Positions 29,769-39,793 are shown, numbered from the stretch's first letter. The stretch: 64,000 nt of DNA from Candidatus Moanibacter sp. (GCA_965215885.1 CBDCEW010000080.1:21820-85819), one strand, 5' to 3'. Numbers and translations are program-made. Notes: a model not told the origin generated them from the sequence alone.

Positions 29769-30454
29769 ACCGCCATCGTCAAAGGGGAATCCGAATTCTC
29801 ATTTCGATCCTTCTCCTCTGCTCTGAGCTGCCTCAGCAACTTACCAAATTCTTCATCAGCCGCGGGATCGCCATCCCGCAGCAGATCAGAAATCCGTGAA
29901 TCCACGACTGCATTCCAAAATTCTCTGCGCAGCGCAAACGTCGGGAGTCTCTCCTTGACCAGGCCCCGCCTCTCTTCAATGAAATCCGCAAGAGCTTCCG
30001 AGCCTCCCGACAGGATCTCCTCCCGAATTCGATCCCTGAGGCGGACCGCCAGGGCAGGGCTCTTGCCAGCCGTCGAAACAGCGACTTGAACGGAACCGCT
30101 TCGCGCCACAGCAGGATAGATGAAGTTGCACCGCGGACCGTCGTCATGCACGTTCACAAGCCGATTCTCTCCATCGATCTGTTCAAATATCTGTTCATTG
30201 ATCCCCCTATTCTCGAGAGTAGAGACTACGAGAAAAGCGCCCTTCCCATCCTTCGCCTGGTACTCTCGATCCAGCCACTCAATCTGCGACTGCTCATTTA
30301 GGTGACGGATCTCGTTCTCAACCTGCGGCGCCACCACCTCAACCTCCGCACCTGCTTGAAGAAGTCCCTTCACTTTCGTCACTGCGGTTGGTCCTCCTCC
30401 TACTACAAGGCAGCGCTTACCGGTGAGGTTTAAATATACGGGAAAGTAACTCAT
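29765..30454 (-). CDS. Precorrin-2 dehydrogenase/sirohydrochlorin ferrochelatase (CysG N-terminal/SirC)
   Basis: YFPVYLNL.GKRCLVVGGG, CNFIYPAV, VSTAGKSPALA. Confidence 0.9.
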   Translation of the reverse strand: MSYFPVYLNLTGKRCLVVGGGPTAVTKVKGLLQAGAEVEVVAPQVENEIRHLNEQSQIEWLDREYQAKDGKGAFLVVSTLENRGINEQIFEQIDGENRLVNVHDDGPRCNFIYPAVARSGSVQVAVSTAGKSPALAVRLRDRIREEILSGGSEALADFIEERRGLVKERLPTFALRREFWNAVVDSRISDLLRDGDPAADEEFGKLLRQLRAEEKDRNENSDSPLTMAV

Positions 30455-30471
30455 CGATGTTCTCGTCCTCC

Positions 30472-32334
30472 TCAGGCGAGGGTGACGGCGCGAATTTCTG
30501 TATTTTCATCTGTCTTTCGTTCCATCGAAGTCCGCAAAGGCTCGGGCTTCATCAGATCCGAAGTCACCGGATTTTCAGACAAAACGCTTATGATTCTCTC
30601 CAATCCAATCCTTCGGTGGAAGGCGCCCAGGTCCTCTCCGTCTCTCCGACCGGCCTCGTAGTATCTGAAAAGCTCCGCGATTACAGCGGCCACTTTTTCA
30701 CGTGGGATCTTCCTGAGGTAGAGCCTCCCGCCATCCTCAGAGATCAAGGGCACTCCTTGAAATCGGGCACTCTCCGCGCCCATCAGTTTAAGTTGATAGG
30801 TATTGCGACCCGATCCGATGAGCCCGATCGATTTTGTAGCCGGTCGGAAACACTGACGCTCGCAACCGGTTACACCGATTGACTCGGCCATTTCGCCCCA
30901 TCCGAGCCGATCCAACTCATCAATCAGGACCGGCTCCATTTTCTCCGACTCGGTGTAGGACATCCGGCAGGTATCGAGACCTACGCATGCGCCTGAGAGG
31001 AGACGTAACCGAGAATAGGATTTTCCGTTCCTGCTTCCGAAACCAAATTCACGCAAGTCGGCTTGAAATTCTTCCCTGCACTCGAGCGGAATCTCCGAGA
31101 AAATGAGATCCTGATTGGGCGTAAAGCGCAGATTGATCGGATACTTCTCCATGACGTATCCCACCATGCTCTTGAGGCGCCCGTTTGGGGATTCGTCGGT
31201 AATCTGTCCATTCTCGATGAAGGCGCCGAAATGCGTTGATCCGCTGGAAAGATGATCGAGCCAGCCATGGTGCAAGAATCGATTTCCGAAGTCGTGCTCG
31301 GGATCCGGGTCCTCGAGGCGCAAACCGGTGAACTCTTCAACCTGCCGCCGGTACCAGGGTATTCCCATGGCCTTGACAACGTACTTCAGCCGGGCCCAGT
31401 GACGATTCTGCCGATCTCCCCACTCCTGATGGACCGCAACAATCGCATCCAGCACCGAAAGGAGATCCTGCTCACCAACTCGGGCAAAGGGTAGAGCATG
31501 GGCCGACATCGTCGGCTTCCCATTTTTCTCGCCCTGACCACCGCCGATATATACCTGAAACCCCTCCAGCCGTTCCTTTCTCACGATTGGAGCCACTCCC
31601 ATATCGTTGGTCAGCAATTCCACACAATTGTCGGGCACGAGAGCCCAGCTCCGGGCGTCTCGTATCACCGCTGAAATGGCCACTTTGAATTTTCGGTTCA
31701 GCAGAGCATGGCCATAATTGAAGGACTTGCCTTCCTCGCGCACCGCATTCGGATCGACCGCGAATATCTGCACAAATGGCGCTGCTGAGATCCGAAAATA
31801 ATTGGCTAACTCCCTCGCCAGTTTATTGCCGTTGAAAACATCGGAGTAATCCGAAAGCGGACAGGCCATGATGTTGCGAACGTTGTCGCCGCACCCATTC
31901 ACGCTATAGAGCCCGCGTTCGGCCAGCAAACGCACGATCTCTATGAGGTGCTCCTTTCTCACCCAATGAAACTGGAGATTCTGGCGGGTAGTAATTCTCA
32001 GTGAAGGAGCAGTTCCCTCATGCCCGGTATACTTCTCAGAAAGTTCATCGAGCACCCGCCATTGCTCCCGGTCAATCGGTCCTCCCCCCGGAATGCTGAT
32101 GCGAACCATGTAAATCCATTCCTTCTCCGAACCGGTTTTCGCCCGGTTAAACTCGAGGTAGATTCCATGCGATTTGGCCAACTGCTCGGTCTCCCAGCAA
32201 ACGTCCGGCGCATCGCTGCGAAAGTCCTCATAGAGATTCCCACGCATTCCCCGGGAAGCGGCCTTGTTCTTATCCTCGCGGCTGAATTCTTCCTCTGGGG
32301 TTAGGAAATTCGGATCAAAATAATTCTTCTTCAT
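30472..32334 (-). CDS. cysI: Assimilatory sulfite (or nitrite) reductase hemoprotein
   Basis: RITTRQNLQFH, GCGDNVRN, ACVGLDTC, GVTGCERQC siroheme/4Fe-4S motifs; adjacent siroheme genes. Confidence 0.85.
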   Translation of the reverse strand: MKKNYFDPNFLTPEEEFSREDKNKAASRGMRGNLYEDFRSDAPDVCWETEQLAKSHGIYLEFNRAKTGSEKEWIYMVRISIPGGGPIDREQWRVLDELSEKYTGHEGTAPSLRITTRQNLQFHWVRKEHLIEIVRLLAERGLYSVNGCGDNVRNIMACPLSDYSDVFNGNKLARELANYFRISAAPFVQIFAVDPNAVREEGKSFNYGHALLNRKFKVAISAVIRDARSWALVPDNCVELLTNDMGVAPIVRKERLEGFQVYIGGGQGEKNGKPTMSAHALPFARVGEQDLLSVLDAIVAVHQEWGDRQNRHWARLKYVVKAMGIPWYRRQVEEFTGLRLEDPDPEHDFGNRFLHHGWLDHLSSGSTHFGAFIENGQITDESPNGRLKSMVGYVMEKYPINLRFTPNQDLIFSEIPLECREEFQADLREFGFGSRNGKSYSRLRLLSGACVGLDTCRMSYTESEKMEPVLIDELDRLGWGEMAESIGVTGCERQCFRPATKSIGLIGSGRNTYQLKLMGAESARFQGVPLISEDGGRLYLRKIPREKVAAVIAELFRYYEAGRRDGEDLGAFHRRIGLERIISVLSENPVTSDLMKPEPLRTSMERKTDENTEIRAVTLA

Positions 32335-32418
32335 AGGTTCATACTGCGCTGACGTGTGCTTCTCTTTCCGATCTCTTCACTTCGATTCACAAATCCGCTT
32401 TCGAGCTCATCATTCCCA

Positions 32419-32564
32419 CTACCTCAGTGTGGCAAGGATGGCGTCGCGTCGCCTTCGCGCCTCCTCCAGAGATCTGGTTCCCAGAGTACGGCGGATCCGC
32501 TCCTTGGTGTGAGGCGTCGGGTGAATCGTGTAATGGATAAACCAGGTTCCATTGTTATTCCAAA
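32419..32564 (-). pseudogene. 5'-truncated small basic protein resembling an integrase arm-type DNA-binding domain
   Basis: My translation: WNNNGTWFIHYTIHPTPHTKERIRRTLGTRSLEEARRRRDAILATLR*; cut by the IS66 left end. Confidence 0.6.
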
Positions 32565-32623
32565 GTAAGCGACCGGGCAACGACCTTGTAGCGCAAAGAT
32601 GCCGACCGTGATATGATTATGGG

Positions 32624-32989
32624 ATGGGAGAAAAAACGAGAGGGCGGACACGGTCGAAGCGAATCGTTCGACGAAGTCGGCAGGAGCGCAGGCGACTGAT
32701 AAGCGCATACCGTCGCAGCAATCAGACGCAGAGGGCGTTTGCCCAGCGGCACGGTATCAAGTATATGACCTTTATGGGATGGCTGCGCAAGGACCGGGCC
32801 GGGCACAGAAGCAGCGGGGTAAAATCGGCGGGGGCGCGGTTTGCCGAAGTTACGGTGCAGAGCAGCGCGGTCACGGAGGATCGGATCGAGATCGTCTTAG
32901 GGGACCCGATACGGGTGGAGGTGGACTGCGGTGTTGCGGTGGAACAAGTGGCGAGTCTGGTGAAGGCGTTGAGGGAATCGGGATGCTGA
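32624..32989 (+). CDS. tnpA: IS66 accessory protein TnpA
   Basis: HTH TQRAFAQRHGIKYMTFMGW, FAEV, IEIVLG. Confidence 0.85.
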   Translation: MGEKTRGRTRSKRIVRRSRQERRRLISAYRRSNQTQRAFAQRHGIKYMTFMGWLRKDRAGHRSSGVKSAGARFAEVTVQSSAVTEDRIEIVLGDPIRVEVDCGVAVEQVASLVKALRESGC

Positions 32990-33333
32990 GCTTACCGGGA
33001 ACGATGAAGGTTTTCCTGGCCGTGGGAGTAACGGATCTGCGAAAGAGCTTTAATGGTCTCTACGCCCTGGCGGCCAATCAGCTCAAGGAAGACCCGTTGA
33101 GCGGAGCGGTCTTTGTCTTCTGCAATCGCAGCCGGGACCGGGTCAAGATTCTGTATTGGGACGGCACGGGGTTATGGGTTTTCGCAAAGCGATTAGAGAA
33201 GGGTCGGTTCAGCTGGCCGCAGGGAGTGGACTTGAAAGATCAGAAGCTTCCATTGCGCCCTGAAGCGTTGAGCATGCTCTTGAACGGGATCGACCTGAGG
33301 GAGGGGAAGATGCGGCCCTGGTATCAGCGTTAG
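32983..33333 (+). CDS. tnpB: IS66 accessory protein TnpB
   Basis: TDLRKSFNGL, FVFCNRSRDRVKILYWDGTG, KRLEKGRF. Confidence 0.93.
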   Translation: MLSLPGTMKVFLAVGVTDLRKSFNGLYALAANQLKEDPLSGAVFVFCNRSRDRVKILYWDGTGLWVFAKRLEKGRFSWPQGVDLKDQKLPLRPEALSMLLNGIDLREGKMRPWYQR

Positions 33334-33400
33334 GTCAAAAAAAGTGATTTTTTTGAAAAAGTATTGCTTTTCTTATTACCGTTAGTTTAGTATTGTTTTC

Positions 33401-34903
33401 ATGCCTGAAGTCGAGGTTTTGCAAACAGAGCTGGAGCAACTCCGAGAGGAGAATCGGCTTTTACGTCAGAAGATCGGCTGGCTCATTAAGCGCTACTTTG
33501 GAGGCAACCAAAGCGAGCGGATCGATCCGGGACAGCTGGAATTGCTCCTGGCCGGGCTGGAGCAGGCCGAGGAAAACAAACCCGCTGAGCAAACGGCAGA
33601 GCCACCACCCGAGCCGAAGGCGCGCAAAGGAGCTGGGGCGAGGCGACAGCGTCTGCCCGAGCACCTGGAAGTCGAAGAGATCGTAATCGAACCCGAAGCG
33701 GTGAAGGTTGAACCGCAAAAGTGGCGGTTGATCGGTGAGGAAGTCACTGAAGAGTTAGATTTGCTCCCGGCCCGATTTATCAGGCGGCGCTATATACGGC
33801 GCAAATATGTATCTCGCGAAAAGCCCCAGGAACCTCCCGTGCTGGCGCCATTACCATCGCGGCTGATTGAAAAAGGGATCCCTGGAGTGGGGCTTTTGGT
33901 GCACATATTACTGAGCAAATACGTCGATCACCTGCCGTTGTATCGGCAGGAGAAGATTTTCCGGGAACGCTACGGAGTAAGGGTGGCGCGCCAGAGCATG
34001 CTCGATTGGATCCACCAGGTAGCGCAATGGCTAAAACCCATCTACAACTACATGTGCTTACAATTGTTCGAGGGCGGTTACATCCAGGCGGACGAAACGC
34101 CCATCCGCTACCTGGATCCGGACGCAGGCAAGAAAGAGGGCTGCAGGAAAGGATACCTGTGGGTCTACGGGCGACCCGGCGGCGAGGTGCTCTACGACTG
34201 GCACACAGGCCGTGGGGTAAAATGTCTCGAGCAGTTCCTCAACGGATACGAAGGGTTGCTCCAACCCGACGGTTACGCAGCCTATGGCAGTTTCGCCCGG
34301 GAGCATAACGGGATTACCCTGTTTGGGTGCTGGGCACACCTGCGACGCAAATTTGTGGAGGCGATGGATGAGAATCCGAAGCTGGCCGGCTGGGTGGTGC
34401 GGCAGATCCACAATCTCTACAGAGACGAGCGCCATCTGCGCGAACAGCGGGCCGGTCCCGCCTTGCGCGAAGCCTACCGGAAAAGCCATGGTCGGATGAT
34501 CGTGGAACGCTTGGGCAAAGCCTTGCCTATACTCAAACGGCGGGCCTTGCCGCGGAGCAAAATGGGTGAAGCCGTTGAGTATGCTCTGAACCAGTGGGAA
34601 TCACTCAAGCGCTACCTCGAGCATGGCAAGGTTGAAATCGACAATAACCTCATTGAGAATGCTATCCGGCCGACCGCCCTGGGAAAGAAAAACTGGATGT
34701 TCATCGGCCACCCCAAGGCCGGTTGGAGAAGCGCCGTAATTTACTCGATCATTGAGAGTTGCCGGCGGCACGCAATTGAACCATCCGCTTACCTCACTGA
34801 CGTCCTCAAAAGATTGCCGGACATGAACATCACCGAGATCGCCGAACTCGCTCCGGCGAATTGGAAGCCGACCCGAACAGGCGAACCGCTCGCAGCCTCT
34901 TGA
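33401..34903 (+). CDS. tnpC: IS66 transposase TnpC
   Basis: KYVDHLPLYRQ, QADETP, DGYAAY, CWAHLRRKF, IDNNLIENAIRP. Confidence 0.95.
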   Translation: MPEVEVLQTELEQLREENRLLRQKIGWLIKRYFGGNQSERIDPGQLELLLAGLEQAEENKPAEQTAEPPPEPKARKGAGARRQRLPEHLEVEEIVIEPEAVKVEPQKWRLIGEEVTEELDLLPARFIRRRYIRRKYVSREKPQEPPVLAPLPSRLIEKGIPGVGLLVHILLSKYVDHLPLYRQEKIFRERYGVRVARQSMLDWIHQVAQWLKPIYNYMCLQLFEGGYIQADETPIRYLDPDAGKKEGCRKGYLWVYGRPGGEVLYDWHTGRGVKCLEQFLNGYEGLLQPDGYAAYGSFAREHNGITLFGCWAHLRRKFVEAMDENPKLAGWVVRQIHNLYRDERHLREQRAGPALREAYRKSHGRMIVERLGKALPILKRRALPRSKMGEAVEYALNQWESLKRYLEHGKVEIDNNLIENAIRPTALGKKNWMFIGHPKAGWRSAVIYSIIESCRRHAIEPSAYLTDVLKRLPDMNITEIAELAPANWKPTRTGEPLAAS

Positions 34904-34967
34904 ACCCGGACACTGCCAGGATCCTCGCGCATGCCGCGATCCATAGGGCAGTTCACCGGTCGTTTAC

Positions 34968-35689
34968 GTTCAGTCGCTGGATTCAGGAGAATGACTTCAA
35001 ATACCTCGATAAGCACTTTGGGATTAATCAGATCACCTCTTATCGCACCGTCCACTACAAGCGATTAGCCCAACACCTTGAGGACAAGCAGGAGAAAAGC
35101 GGTGCCGCCAAAGCCCTCCTGAAGCAAAAACAGCAATGCACCGAAGAATTGAAAAGACTGCTCCTGGCCGAGCATGCCCACCCGGGCAAAAGCGCCTCAA
35201 GGGGCGAAAAGATCCGTCGACTCGATCAGGCCCTCAAAGCCCTCCAACTCGAACTGGAGCAAATCGACACCGAATGCTCGAGGCTGCAGCGCCTCATTGA
35301 TGAAAACTATGTCCGCCTGGACACCGCTAACAAGTCCCTCATGGATGCCTTGAAAATCTTCGCCCGTAACAGCTTCTACAAGCAGCTCGAACCCTTTAAA
35401 GCTCGCTACAACAACTATCGTGACGACCACGATCTGTTTCGCAATTTGACTCACAGTGACGGCGTTCTTATAGAGAGGGGCTGTGCGGTCGAAGCGCATT
35501 TATTCCCCACCGCAACTTATCCCCCTCGGGTGCAGGCGGTGGTGCTTGAGTATCTGCAAACTCTCAATCAGAAGCCCTTACTGATGCCCGACGGTTCAGG
35601 CCGAAGAATCATCTTCCGACTGGGCAAAAAATCGGGATTTAAACTTGCGATTGCATAGTGCCTTTAGAGGGGCAATATAGTGAGGTCTG
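34968..35689 (+). pseudogene. 3' 722 bp of a second copy of the 741-aa transposase element, including its right TIR
   Basis: Matches 27185-27906; begins exactly at the IS66 right end. Confidence 0.9.
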
Positions 35690-35765
35690 AAGTTTAGTGT
35701 GTCATAAGAATGACCCCGATAGGAATCCGTCGGACTTTGTGTCCGTCAGGCTCCCAGGCGGCAAT

Positions 35766-36110
35766 TTAACAGGTACCGGCCCCTTCCTTTCCAGGTAAGA
35801 CTTCGATATCCTCTATCGTGATGAGTCTCTCCGGGACCATTTCGCGAATCTTCGGAAGAACAAAATCGATTTTTTCCCTGGAATCGACGAATTGCACGAC
35901 CAGCGGTAGCTTTCCAGTCGTGTCAACTAACGAAATCGTATGAATTCCGGCGCCGGCCGTAAAACCTGCGATCGCCCGAAGTACTGTTCCCCCTGACAGC
36001 CCTTCTCGTTCAAGCAGCTTGAGGATCTCCAGATGCATCGGTCTGCTGTGCCATTTGTCGCCCTCGTTTACGTAGACGCAGACTCTCTTTTGCTGTCCAA
36101 TCCCCATCAT
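35766..36110 (-). CDS. DUF190 (PII-like) protein associated with CrcB
   Basis: VYVNEGDKWHSRPMH, GGTVLRAIAGF, LPLVVQFVDS; directly follows crcB. Confidence 0.85.
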   Translation of the reverse strand: MMGIGQQKRVCVYVNEGDKWHSRPMHLEILKLLEREGLSGGTVLRAIAGFTAGAGIHTISLVDTTGKLPLVVQFVDSREKIDFVLPKIREMVPERLITIEDIEVLPGKEGAGTC

Positions 36111-36499
36111 ACTCCTCTGACAACGGCATAGAGCCAATTAACCAGGACGATACCCGCGACGACTGCCAGGAATGAGAGCAGATTATTTGCGAGGAAATTC
36201 TCTATCGCCAGTTTGTAATTATTCTCCCGAATAAGGCCAACCGTTTGCCAGGAGTAGGAGGACACAGTTGTGTAAGCGCCGCAAAAGCCTATCGCTACAA
36301 GATGCTTGTAGGGATATTCGCCAATCAGGCCGTTGGCAATCATGGTATAGAATGCGCCGATAAGAAGACTTCCCGTCACATTGACGGTCAAGGTGCCCCA
36401 TGCGAAAGAGGGGTCGATACTCTCCATCCAGTTCGACACGAGATTGCGCGCAATCGCGCCAACGAACGCCCCAATTCCAATCAGAATGGATTCTTTCAT
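36107..36499 (-). CDS. crcB: Fluoride efflux channel Fluc/CrcB
   Basis: GAFVGAIAR, WGTLTVNVTGS, GFCGAYTT.S. Confidence 0.9.
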   Translation of the reverse strand: MKESILIGIGAFVGAIARNLVSNWMESIDPSFAWGTLTVNVTGSLLIGAFYTMIANGLIGEYPYKHLVAIGFCGAYTTVSSYSWQTVGLIRENNYKLAIENFLANNLLSFLAVVAGIVLVNWLYAVVRGV

Positions 36500-36518
36500 T
36501 CGTGCTTTCTTACCGGAA

Positions 36519-36929
36519 TCATATATCGCTTAGACTGAGATGATCCCAAATCCGCAGTCCCCCGATCTGCCGAAAATGGTTGTCGAATGTCACCAGGACA
36601 CTGCCCAACTCAAGACACGAAGCGGCGATCCATACATCATTTATCGGTATCGGCCTGCCCTTCCTCTTCAATTGATCTTTGACGTTTCCAAATAGTTCGG
36701 CCGTATCTTCAGTCGGCCGGTGGAGAGAAACTGTCGGTTTAGTCAGAAACTTCCGTAGGTCCATACGATTCTCTTGCTCTCGCACTCCTCCCTTGAATCC
36801 GAAATACAACTCGCCAAGGACGAAGAGCGGCATGAACACCTCTTCCGCTCCTGCCAAGGCGTCCAATACGCGACTGTCGCCCACTCGGTAGGCGGAATAT
36901 GCGTTCGTATCCAGGACAATCCGGAGCAT
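36519..36929 (-). CDS. vapC: VapC PIN-domain toxin
   Basis: LDTNAY, LGELYFG, IPINDVWIAA, TFDNHF. Confidence 0.9.
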   Translation of the reverse strand: MLRIVLDTNAYSAYRVGDSRVLDALAGAEEVFMPLFVLGELYFGFKGGVREQENRMDLRKFLTKPTVSLHRPTEDTAELFGNVKDQLKRKGRPIPINDVWIAASCLELGSVLVTFDNHFRQIGGLRIWDHLSLSDI

Positions 36930-36944
36930 GCGAAACCAAATGTT

Positions 36945-37208
36945 TCAGACGGTCTTCCAATCCGCCTCGTCAACTTGCTCCAGCTCAGAAACTCGATCAT
37001 TGAAATCAGACGCCTCTTTCTCGGTCCACGTCCCATACTGATCGAGAAATTCCTCCCTATGGTCCACTGGCGCCCTTGGCTTCAACCCCAAAGATGAACG
37101 GAGCAAGCTCTTTACTGTTCGGTTCAGCGAGGTCCCAGCTTGGCGTGCCTTACTGCTCAGCACTCTCGCCAGCTCGTCATCGATCTTGTGAATTGTGATT
37201 GATTTCAT
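36945..37208 (-). CDS. RHH antitoxin (VapB/FitA-like)
   Basis: MKSITIHKIDDEL..L..KA...GTSLN; directly upstream of vapC. Confidence 0.82.
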   Translation of the reverse strand: MKSITIHKIDDELARVLSSKARQAGTSLNRTVKSLLRSSLGLKPRAPVDHREEFLDQYGTWTEKEASDFNDRVSELEQVDEADWKTV

Positions 37209-37213
37209 AGTTC

Positions 37214-37242
37214 ATTATGGTTCAAGAAATGAACCATGTCAA
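37214..37242 (-). promoter_or_regulatory. Sigma70 promoter of vapBC with an overlapping palindromic operator
   Basis: TTGACA-17 bp-CATAAT, 5 nt before the ATG; ATGGTTCA-N5-TGAACCAT palindrome in the spacer. Confidence 0.75.
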
Positions 37243-37282
37243 GTGGGTAACCAATCGAATAATCACCTCTGCGATCGCTCTC

Positions 37283-37636
37283 CTACGATGCTGCTAGCCG
37301 TTTCTGCATCTCCAGCAAACACAGATCGGCCAGATCACTGCCCAGGGGGTCGTCTATTTCCAGGGCATAGCGTTTGAGTAATTGAGCCAATTCGGCAATG
37401 ACTTCCGTGTATGGCGGGAAATGAAGATACTCGTTCTGCCCGTTCTTCCGGGGCGTCTCGTAGACGTTCAATTCCTCTTCGGGATCGTTGACTAAATGGT
37501 ACAACTCATGGTCGCCCGTATAGTTGCGCAAACCTCTGACCGGCCGAGTCAAGATTAGTTTCCATTCACTGGTGCGAATACAACGCTGATCGATGGGAGT
37601 ATCGCGAGTTATGTTCTCAGTGTAGTAGGCAATCAC
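37283..37636 (-). pseudogene. Sulfatase C-terminal fragment
   Basis: RCIRTSEWKLI...ELYHLVNDPEEELNVY; no catalytic N-terminus. Confidence 0.6.
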
Positions 37637-39264
37637 TTTCTGACCAGCCCCGCTGCGTGGCGGTGGGTCTCCGGGTCGCCAGCAGCATAGAACACTCCAC
37701 TATCTTGATCGATAGTGAGCATGACGGGTGAAGCAATCGGAGATGCCTTTACGTCGCGCTTGTGTCCACGCCGGGAAAGCTCTTCCTGTACACTGTCGCT
37801 CACCCGATCGCTGATCGTCAACGACCCTGGCCCTATGAAAGTTTGCATGCGGGCGTGATTGGGATCGAACGAGTCCTGGTGATGTGCAGTGGCGAAGCGT
37901 GGCGCGGTTACGGCTGCTTCAGGGAGCATGTCAAACTCGATTACATCGAGAAGCAGATTCAGTGTCACCTGATCCTGTAGGTCACCACCGGCGACACTGA
38001 TCGCCATGATGGGTTTGCCATCTTTAAGAACCAGCGTAGGAGTAAGCGTGATACGGGGACGTTTCCCAGGCTGAATACAGTTCGGATGTCCCGGAGTCGT
38101 GTTGAGACTGCGCAGGCGATTGCCAAAGGTAACGCCGGCTTTACCACCATCGCGTGGCTCTTTTGGGACATTGGCACTGGGCGTGGCTGAAACCACATTA
38201 CCCCAGCGGTCCGCCACCACACAAGTCGTTGTACCTCCCACCCCAGGTCGAAGGACACCACGACCCTTAAGCGGTTTCATCTCGTATGGATCCCCTGGGC
38301 GAGCTTCCATCGATGCCATTTGCATGTCGATCAACGGGCAGCGGATTTCGGTGTAGGCATCAGAGAGCAGAGCTTGCAACGGGACGTCAACAAAGTCTGG
38401 ATCGCCGTAATACTCATCACGATCCGCCATGGCCAGCTTGAGGGCTTCTGTAACAACATGTATGTAGTCAGCCGAGAGATGACCCATGGCCCTCAGGTCA
38501 AAGCCCTCCAACAACCTCAGAGCCTGGCAGAGAAAGGGGCCTTGAGTCCAGGGACCGCACTTACAGATCGTATATCCTCGGTACTCCACCGTTACCGGAT
38601 CTTCGATCATGGTTCCGTGGGCAGCAAGATCGGTTTTGCGGAGGAAGCCACCTTTTTCGATGTAATAAGCTTCCAGGTCATCTGCGATATCGTTCCTATA
38701 TTTGTTTCGTCCGTAGAAACGGTCGACTGCCGCTTGGAGTTTCTCTTCACGGCTTCCGGGAGCAAGGTGCTCTTCTTCAACCATTCTGCGAAGGGTGACC
38801 GCGAGTTTCGGATGCCAAACTTCCGTTTCCGCATCCAGGAGAGCAAGGGTGGGTGCCACGGCATCTTTCAGCGTCCGTGTGCCATAACGCTGGAGCGTGG
38901 TGATGCACAAGTCTACAACTGAGGGAACAGGGGCCATCTTGATGTCTCCCTCGCCAGGGATTCCGTGCTTCATGTACCAATCGACTGCTTCCTGCGATAG
39001 CGGCGCACGCCCTTGACCACTGAGTGCTTTCACCTCTTTATGCTGCGCGTCATAAATGAGAAGTGGAACCTCTCCTCCAATAGAGCATGCGCCGTGATCT
39101 GTAACATTGAGAGCAAAGATTGTGGCAACGGCAGCATCTGCGGCGTTTCCACCATCATCCAGTATCCTAATCCCTGCGGCGACTGCGTCGGCGCTGCCTG
39201 CGGCAACGACACCCGTAGTGCTGGTCCCCTTCCACCCTATCTGCTGTTTACTTGTGGTGGACAT
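37633..39264 (-). CDS. Gamma-glutamyltransferase family protein
   Basis: GGNAADAAVA, GTTTCVVADRWGN (nucleophile Thr), PGKRPRITLTP, GGDLQDQ. Confidence 0.9.
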   Translation of the reverse strand: MSTTSKQQIGWKGTSTTGVVAAGSADAVAAGIRILDDGGNAADAAVATIFALNVTDHGACSIGGEVPLLIYDAQHKEVKALSGQGRAPLSQEAVDWYMKHGIPGEGDIKMAPVPSVVDLCITTLQRYGTRTLKDAVAPTLALLDAETEVWHPKLAVTLRRMVEEEHLAPGSREEKLQAAVDRFYGRNKYRNDIADDLEAYYIEKGGFLRKTDLAAHGTMIEDPVTVEYRGYTICKCGPWTQGPFLCQALRLLEGFDLRAMGHLSADYIHVVTEALKLAMADRDEYYGDPDFVDVPLQALLSDAYTEIRCPLIDMQMASMEARPGDPYEMKPLKGRGVLRPGVGGTTTCVVADRWGNVVSATPSANVPKEPRDGGKAGVTFGNRLRSLNTTPGHPNCIQPGKRPRITLTPTLVLKDGKPIMAISVAGGDLQDQVTLNLLLDVIEFDMLPEAAVTAPRFATAHHQDSFDPNHARMQTFIGPGSLTISDRVSDSVQEELSRRGHKRDVKASPIASPVMLTIDQDSGVFYAAGDPETHRHAAGLVRK

Positions 39265-39483
39265 TCCTGTTTAGAGTCCCCATTCGTTTCCAGGCTCCGG
39301 TTGCTGATCAATTCTACCGCGCGGAAGCGTTCCAGATGGCTCTTGGTTTGCCGGTAGGCTGGATCTGATCGTTACCCTTAGCCGTAGCAAGGGAACGCAT
39401 GTGCGCCGTCAGCCGTTACCTGCCGCGATTTCTTGGCTGAAGCATCTATTTGCGAGTTCTTCATTCGTTTGAGGCGATTCCAG

Positions 39484-39705
39484 TCAGTCCGCGATTCTCT
39501 TATAAAACTCGGTTTCTCCTACTCCCGACTCTGGATGCTTTCGCCAGGCCTGATACCGTTCCTCGGCCAACTTCAGCCAACCTTCATCGATTTCATCTAA
39601 TTCCTGATTATTAACACTTTGAAGAAGGTGAGTGGCCAATAATTCCCGATCCTCAGCGGATAGCCGAAGAGCCTTTTCCTCTATTTCCTCTAATTCTTGA
39701 GACAT
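39484..39705 (-). CDS. Putative addiction module antitoxin component
   Basis: IEEKALRLSAEDRELLATHLLQS...IDEGWLKLAEERY. Confidence 0.75.
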   Translation of the reverse strand: MSQELEEIEEKALRLSAEDRELLATHLLQSVNNQELDEIDEGWLKLAEERYQAWRKHPESGVGETEFYKRIAD

Positions 39706-39793
39706 GATTAAAGCTTGGGGCACGTCACCTTTTGAGTCAATGTTGGTTTAACTTGGTAATTCCCCGTCCCGGCTTGCCGGGACGGGGTCGCTG

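Larger units (their letters stand above)
32565..34967 (+). mobile_element. IS66-family element
   Basis: TIRs GTAAGCGACCGG / GTAAACGACCGG (rc); tnpA-tnpB-tnpC; flanks do not match. Confidence 0.93.

Noticed and set aside
36500..37283. Fluoride riboswitch upstream of crcB
   Set aside because: No GGCGATGG-type motif seen, and the intergenic gap is only 19 nt
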